DNA from: Candidatus Dormiibacterota bacterium
GTDB taxonomy: Bacteria > Chloroflexota > Dormibacteria > Aeolococcales > Aeolococcaceae
DNA length: 64,000 bases
Direction of reading: 5' to 3'
Assembly: GCA_963718525.1 (NCBI GenBank)
Contig: OY970355.1
Location: 2,272,001 to 2,336,000, forward strand
Shown here: in pieces, positions 58,516 through 64,000 of the stretch
How positions within the stretch are numbered: position 1 is the stretch's first letter
How the letters are laid out: the number at the start of each line of letters is the position of its first letter
The notes under the pieces: model-generated
Told to the model about the DNA's origin: nothing
Database searches by the model: none
What the model saw: only the letters and a program-made list of their open reading frames with translations
Program-made: the position numbers and the translations under genes

Positions 58516-58563
58516 GCTGGTCTGGGGGACCAGGGGTCGCAGGTTCGAGTCCTGTCTCCCGAC
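58516..58563 (+). tRNA. 3' fragment of tRNA-Pro(GGG), att-like; not a complete tRNA
   Basis: Anticodon arm CTGGT-CTGGGGG-ACCAG, T-arm GCAGG-TTCGAGT-CCTGT, acceptor 3' strand CTCCCGA; no D-arm or matching 5' acceptor strand upstream. Confidence 0.8.
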
Positions 58564-58733
58564 GGACGCGCGATCTGAGTTCACAGCGAGCGGTCGCGCG
58601 GCGCGCGGGGCGCCTGTCCGGCTAACGAGGTCCCGGACGACGAACGGGTAGGCGCGCCATTGACGGTGGAACAATCAAAAAGCTAGGTTTAGGTGCACGT
58701 TGTCTCTCCAGGCTTGTAGGAGGAGACCGAAAG

Positions 58734-58901
58734 ATGGCAGCTCGGACCGTGGAAAAGCTCGCCCGCGAGCTGCGCTGCACGCCCAGCCAACTGACCGGGA
58801 TCCGCACCGCCCGCTTCGCCATTGGGATGGGCCTGGCCATGCGCGTCGTGCAGTGGCTGGGACGGTCGGCGGCCGACTTCGTTCACCCGGCCGAGTGGTA
58901 G
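58734..58901 (+). CDS. 55-aa HTH-like small protein (not in ORF track)
   Basis: RBS AGGAGGAG; MAARTVEKLARELRCTPSQLTGIRTARFAIGMGLAMRVVQWLGRSAADFVHPAEW. Confidence 0.55.
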   Translation: MAARTVEKLARELRCTPSQLTGIRTARFAIGMGLAMRVVQWLGRSAADFVHPAEW

Positions 58902-58951
58902 GTACTACAACCCCGTTTGCGCTCTGCTGTTTGTGGTGATCGCTTTCACGG

Positions 58952-59425
58952 TCAACCCGCTGCTTTCTTGACAAGCTTGGCGATCTCTTCCTCGATGGCC
59001 GCTGTAAGTCGGTTGACGGCATATGAGGTGGGCCAGAAGTCTCCGTCGTCGAGGTTCGCGTCTTGTTGGAAACCGAACGTTGCATACCGCGACTTGAACT
59101 TTGCTCCGCTTTGGAAGAAGCAGATAACCTTGCCGTCCTTGGCATAGGCCGGCATCCCGTACCAAGTTTTCGGAGTTAGGGTCGGCGCGGTTGCTTTGAC
59201 GATGGCATGGATCCGTTCCGCGATGACCCGGTCCGATTTCGGCATCTCCGCAATCTTTGCGAGTACGTCGGCTTCTCCGTCCTCCTTCCCCGAGCGAACG
59301 CGCCTTCGCTCGTTGAGGGTTTCCCTCATCGCGGCTTTCTCGCCGGCGGTCAGCAACCCCGACCCCTTGTTGATGGGGCGGCGTGGCGCCGCCTTTGCGA
59401 CCCCCTTCCCACGCTGTGCGGCCAT
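58952..59425 (-). CDS. DUF1801 (YdhG-like) protein
   Basis: PKTWYGMPAYAKDGKVICFFQ..RYATFGF. Confidence 0.85.
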   Translation of the reverse strand: MAAQRGKGVAKAAPRRPINKGSGLLTAGEKAAMRETLNERRRVRSGKEDGEADVLAKIAEMPKSDRVIAERIHAIVKATAPTLTPKTWYGMPAYAKDGKVICFFQSGAKFKSRYATFGFQQDANLDDGDFWPTSYAVNRLTAAIEEEIAKLVKKAAG

Positions 59426-59426
59426 G

Positions 59427-59765
59427 TCAGGCAACCGCTTTCCGGATGAGCCCGCTTATCTTGGCCTCCGTCGCAGCGTCCAGCGATGTAATGTTCCACA
59501 CGACTGGGTGCATGTGCGCACTGTCGTCGTGGGCGGGGTTCACGGCTTCGCTAAATCCGAACGCAATGAAGTCCTTGCCCGTTTTGATGTAGCAGATGTC
59601 CCTGCCATTCTTCACATAGAACGGGAGTCCCCAGCGTACGCTCGGCTCCAGCGACGGCGCGTTTTCCCGTACGAGTTCGTGCAGCCGTTGTCCAATTCCC
59701 CGGTAGGGTACAGGGGCTTCATCGAGTTTGGCGAGGACCGCCGCGTCGCCCTTCTTCGTAAACAT
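59427..59765 (-). CDS. DUF1801 (YdhG-like) protein
   Basis: LHELVRENAPSLEPSVRWGLPFY. Confidence 0.75.
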   Translation of the reverse strand: MFTKKGDAAVLAKLDEAPVPYRGIGQRLHELVRENAPSLEPSVRWGLPFYVKNGRDICYIKTGKDFIAFGFSEAVNPAHDDSAHMHPVVWNITSLDAATEAKISGLIRKAVA

Positions 59766-59783
59766 GTGTGCTGACCTCCTTGC

Positions 59784-60194
59784 TCAGCGCAGCTCTTGAA
59801 TCCGGACCAGGTTACCCGCGGGATCCCGGACGGCACAGTCACGCACCCCGTACGGCTGCTGGGTGGGCTCCTGCACCACATCGGCACCGCTCGCCTCGAC
59901 GCGCCCGAAGGTTGCGTCGAGATCGTCGGTGGCCAGGAGGATCCAGCCATATGTGCCCTTCGCCATCATCTCAGCGATGGTGCGGCGCTCCGCATCGGTG
60001 ATGCCGGGGTCAGTGGCGGGTGGGGCCAGGAGGATGGACGTGGTCGGCTGGCCCGCTGGTCCGACGGTGATCCAACGCATCCTGCCCCGCCCCACGTCGG
60101 TCCTGACCTCGAAGCCGAGGACATCCCGATAGAACGCCACAGACGCGTCGGGGTCATCGTGGGGGAGGGCGCTGGCGTGAATGGTGATGCTCAT
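59784..60194 (-). CDS. VOC/glyoxalase family protein
   Basis: AFYRDVLGFEV, QPYGVRDCAVRDPAGN. Confidence 0.9.
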   Translation of the reverse strand: MSITIHASALPHDDPDASVAFYRDVLGFEVRTDVGRGRMRWITVGPAGQPTTSILLAPPATDPGITDAERRTIAEMMAKGTYGWILLATDDLDATFGRVEASGADVVQEPTQQPYGVRDCAVRDPAGNLVRIQELR

Positions 60195-60410
60195 GGGGGT
60201 CACACTACGTCTGGGCAGCTCCACGGTGCTTCTCGATTCCTGATCGGTCGCGTCACCTCTCGGCGTGCCCCGGTTGGACGGATACATTTGCTACGCGGAG
60301 ACCACTGCGTCGATGCGAGCCACCATCTGTCCACCGCAGGATCAGCCTTTCGTTGGCATCGAATGGAGTAGCGCCGCCACCTAGCGAAGGATTGAACCTC
60401 AAGGCACAGG

Positions 60411-61450
60411 TCAATGGGACGCGAGCCGGATCAACTCATCAACAGATAGGGCCGCGCCACGGGACCACGCTCGCTCGAAGTCGGCGGCAGCAAGTGCTCG
60501 CCGCCGCCGCATCCCTGCTGGTTTGGAGCACTGGTAACTCATCCGGTGGCCACTCGGCGCCCTGCTCCTCGACCATGCGCGTGGCGGCACCGAGCAGCGT
60601 TGCGGCCCGCGCGAAGTCACCGGTCTCAACGGCGACGGCAGCCAGCTGGTTCAGGGTGTACGGGATCGCCCATTCGTCGCTACGCTGGACCTCGATGTCG
60701 AGCGCTTCCAGCGCGAGCTCCTTCGCTCGCGCGCGGTTGCCCAGCTGCCGCTCGACCGCGCTGAGGTTGCTGGCCTCGGTGGACACCACGCTCAAGGCCC
60801 CGCGCTTGCGTGCCATCTCCGTCCGTTGCTGCATCAAGTCACGGGCCGTGTTCAGGTCGCCCGACATCTGGGCGGCAACGCTGAGCACATGGATGGCGCT
60901 CGAGCGACCCGCGGTATCGTCGCTGTCCTCGACGATGTGCAGCGCCTCTCCGCAGAGTGAGCGCGCCCGCTCAGTCTGTCCTGCTCGCAGTGCGATCCTC
61001 GCCAATCCCGCCAGCGCAAGCGCCTCGGTGGTCCGGTCTTCGGAATCCCGCGCGACCTCGCGACCCAACTGAAACGCCGCTCGCGCTTGCTCGTCGCGGC
61101 CCCGCCAGAAGGCGAGCATTCCCGCCTGATGGTGAGCCGGGCCGCGAATGCTCAGCTCGACGCCCGGCGCGGCCAGGCCGCGCTCCAGGTACCTGCTCCC
61201 CCGCGTTCAGCTAGCCAGAGTGCACCCAGTGGTCGGCGAGGGCGATGGCGATGCGCAGCGCATCAGTCGGGCGCTGGTTGGTCATGAACCAGTCGAAGGC
61301 GGCTCCCAGCTCGGCGGATTGCTCTTCGAGGCGGCGCTGCCAGGTCACGGTGTCCAGGCCGGCGAGTGCCTCCGGGCTCTCCTCAGCGAAGAGCAACAGC
61401 GCCTGTGCACGAGTTGCGTCCACGGGCGCAGACGCTAGCGCAGAAAGCCA
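60411..61450 (-). pseudogene. TPR-repeat protein (STAND regulator C-terminal type), multiply disrupted
   Basis: Split over ORFs 61211..61642, 60439..61119 and 60411..60629; in-frame TAG at 61211 plus frameshifts. Confidence 0.7.
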
Positions 61451-61499
61451 TGTAAAGTGCCGTTCTCGAGGCCTGCTAGGAAGCTGCAGCCGACACGTT

Positions 61500-61724
61500 C
61501 GAGGCGAGGCCGCGGGGTTTCCTGGCGCGGACGCCGGACCCCTCGCGAAGCGGGAAGTCGAGGTCGCGGGATTGGTCGCAGAAGGTCTCAGCAACAAGCA
61601 GATCGCAGCCCGCCTGTTCATTTCCGAGCGCACCGTCGCCACCCACGTTGGTCACATCCTCAACAAGCTTGGCTTCAACTCACGAGCACAGATCGCAGGC
61701 TGGATGTCCTCTAAGGTGGAGTGA
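61500..61724 (+). pseudogene. LuxR-HTH remnant paralogous to the C-terminus of 14635..16935
   Basis: [38 protein letters not shown]; no credible start. Confidence 0.75.
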
Positions 61725-61758
61725 TCGCCCGATCTTGATGGCACTCAGGATAAGAGTG

Positions 61759-62480
61759 TCAGGTCCACCGGATGACCCGATCCAACTCCGACTTGATCAC
61801 CGAATAGCACTCGCAGGACACCGCCTCAAGCTGCTCACGGTCGACGATGGTGAGGTGGCCTCTCGTGTATCGGATGATTCCGGCACGCTGGAGGATGCCG
61901 GCAGACACGGAGACCGTCGAGCGCCGGCGCCCAGCATCTGCGCGAGAAATTCCTGTGTGATCATGAATCGATCCGATCCGACGCGATCCTGGCTCATCAA
62001 CAGCCAGCGGCTGAGTCGCTCCTCGCTCGAGTGGAGCCGGTTGCAGGCAGCCGCCTGCGAGATCTGGCCGAAGAGCGCCTGCGTATACCTATCGACCAAC
62101 GTCTGAAACAGTCGGTTGTTCTGGTACCACTCGAGGAACACCGCTGCATCGATCCGAAGAGCGTGTCCAGCAACCTGCGCAAGAGCGCGTACAGCGAGGC
62201 TACCGAACGGCACGAGGGGGACACCCACGATGCCTTCGTTCCCGATAGTGGCGACCTCCACGATAGCTCCTGCGTTGAGGGCGGTAACCAGTGAGACGAC
62301 CCCGCCGGTAGGGAAGTAGACGGCGTCGATTGGCCCACCGGGTTCGAACAGCACGGTCTTCACCGGGAGGCTCACGTCGCGTAGCAGGTCGAACAGGCTG
62401 AGTCGCTCTGCCTGCGGCAGCGCGGCCAGAATCCGATTCTCACCGCGAGGGCCGGCCGTGATGCTCCTGGTCGTCGTCAC
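61759..62480 (-). pseudogene. Crp/Fnr family regulator, frameshifted near 61927
   Basis: VATIGNEG, ERLSRWLL, TQEFLAQMLG then shifted RRSTVSVSAGILQRAGIIRYTRG..SCECY. Confidence 0.85.
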
Positions 62481-62537
62481 GTGGAGGCACCCAGCTCAAT
62501 GATGCGTCTACGCAACCGCGACCATGACGGACTGCGT

Positions 62538-63443
62538 CTAATCCGTATCCGGGCGTGTAGCATCGGCATGAGGTTCCGTGCCCGTTGCCACGGTGTGGGG
62601 CGGATGAGGACCACGCTCGCGTCCCGGAACCCTGCCCGTCGCGATCTGTTTCAGCCGCTGCGCGTCAAGTATCTCCACCCGCTGGGGCTTGGTAGCGATG
62701 ATCCCATTGGCGCGGAGGGCACTGAGTTCGCGACTGACAACCTCGCGCGCAGTGCCGACTGCGTCGGCGAGTCGCTGGTGAGTGATGTGCGCAACCGCGA
62801 GTCCATCATGGGAGGGCAGGGCCATCTCTCCGAGGTGGCGGGCGATACGCGCCGCCGTCGGTAGCGAGCAACTTTCCTGAAGAGCATGGAGACCACTGGA
62901 TAACCAGGTCGCGACGTGCTCCGCGATCAACCATGGAAGCTCCGGGCGGCGCCCGGCGGCCGCGTGGATGTGATCCATTGTCAACAGCTCGACGGTGCTG
63001 TCAACGACAGCCTCGGCACTCCACGTGCGGCTGCCACCGAGCAACGGTGCCAATCCGACCAAATCGCCCCGCCGCCCGTAACGGATGGTCAACTGATGCC
63101 CCTTTGTCCCCGAGAGATAGACGCGGACGATGCCAGCGCGGATGAGCGCGATCCTTGGTGGCGAGCCCGATCGAAAGATGAGATCGCCGGCGGGGACGTG
63201 TGCGGGCTCGACGACACCCTCGAGCACTTCCTCCCAGATAGCGCGGCGACTGTCCTGGACGTTCTCGATCAATCCTCGATGAGGGTACCTGTAGATAACG
63301 CGACCGGTCTGTGACTGGAGTAGTAAAGCCCGTGACCTGACGCACACTGAGGGAAAACGAATCGCGCACACCCGTGATGTGGCGCGACGGGTCGCGCGAC
63401 GCTGTACACCAGGGTTCTTGCCATCCAGCAACAGAAAGTCCAC
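62538..63443 (-). CDS. Crp/Fnr family regulator (true start probably near 63270)
   Basis: cNMP-like GDLIF..GIVRV..GDLVG; HTH ITHQRLADAVGTAREVVSREL. Confidence 0.8.
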   Translation of the reverse strand: MDFLLLDGKNPGVQRRATRRATSRVCAIRFPSVCVRSRALLLQSQTGRVIYRYPHRGLIENVQDSRRAIWEEVLEGVVEPAHVPAGDLIFRSGSPPRIALIRAGIVRVYLSGTKGHQLTIRYGRRGDLVGLAPLLGGSRTWSAEAVVDSTVELLTMDHIHAAAGRRPELPWLIAEHVATWLSSGLHALQESCSLPTAARIARHLGEMALPSHDGLAVAHITHQRLADAVGTAREVVSRELSALRANGIIATKPQRVEILDAQRLKQIATGRVPGRERGPHPPHTVATGTEPHADATRPDTD

Positions 63444-63451
63444 CGTGTGAC

Positions 63452-64000
63452 GTGGTGCACCCTCGCTGGGGAGCGAGGTATGAACTCCACCGTGCGCTCA
63501 GGGGGACACAAACGCCGAAGAACCACGAGCCACTCCGTTCCGAAGGTCTCGCGGCCGAGGCGGAAGAGGCCGTCGCCAACGCACCGCTTCCCGCCGCGAT
63601 CATCGAGATCGCGTCGGGGCGGATCATGGCGGCGAGCCCGCCGATGCGCAAAATGTTTGCCCCGGGTGGGGGCACGGTCTTGGGCAGGACGGTCGAGGAA
63701 TTCATGGCCGACGAGCCTTCGGGCGCGCTCGACCTGCTGCGCGCCGGGCAACTCCAGGGCTACGTCACGACTCGTTCGCTGCGCCGCAGGCAAGAGGAGT
63801 TTGTGCCGGTGCAGGTCTGGGTGCGCGGCCTGGGCATGGACGGCCCGCCGCGCTTTGCGGTCGCCGTGTTTACGACCCGCCTCACCAGGACCGGCGCGCT
63901 GCTGCCCGAGGTTCCGCGTTCCGATTTGACCCCGGTCGTGGGAACGTCGGACGAGAGCCTGTTGATCGACCGCATCAGCAGCGACGTCGAAGCGCTGCTC
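63452..64000 (+). CDS. PAS-domain regulator N-terminus, runs off window
   Basis: Open frame PAAIIEIASGRIMAAS..GALDLLRAGQLQGY..VGTSDESLLIDRISSDVEALL; start uncertain. Confidence 0.55.
   Translation, partial: MVHPRWGARYELHRALRGTQTPKNHEPLRSEGLAAEAEEAVANAPLPAAIIEIASGRIMAASPPMRKMFAPGGGTVLGRTVEEFMADEPSGALDLLRAGQLQGYVTTRSLRRRQEEFVPVQVWVRGLGMDGPPRFAVAVFTTRLTRTGALLPEVPRSDLTPVVGTSDESLLIDRISSDVEALL

Overview
High-GC bacterial DNA; gene content suggests Actinomycetota, Chloroflexota or Dormibacterota, but this is inference only. The window reads as a mosaic accessory region. Left to right: (1) a transglycosylase plus OmpR-type two-component pair behind an MsrQ-like/NuoF-like/ferredoxin redox operon; (2) TetR/SDR, an IS481 element, a 7-repeat secreted beta-propeller, an MFS transporter, a STAND-LuxR regulator and DUF4386-type membrane genes; (3) a ~14 kb surface-glycan locus (19.8-33.5 kb). 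This locus holds a giant PQQ-propeller plus 6x ConA-like protein, two paralogous GH5 proteins (one lacking the catalytic nucleophile and preceded by a c-di-GMP-I/GEMM riboswitch with A20 and G92 substitutions), and an operon of a VPEVP-CTERM protein, an exosortase-EpsI fusion, a processive GT2 and a GT-C; (4) an sqr-tusE-dsrE-osmC sulfur cluster; (5) fadD, flavodoxin, gap, a second IS481, and USP/CBS genes with DosR-like boxes; (6) a two-component pair, an IS30 relic, an S9 peptidase, a Flp pilin, an ABC exporter and a ClC channel; (7) a 3' tRNA-Pro(GGG) fragment (att-like), DUF1801/VOC genes and decayed LuxR/Crp regulators. The best candidate for an undescribed system is the exosortase/VPEVP-CTERM/GT2/GT-C/GH5-pair/riboswitch locus. 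Several single-base frameshifts could be assembly errors. All calls come from manual motif reading; no database searches were run.
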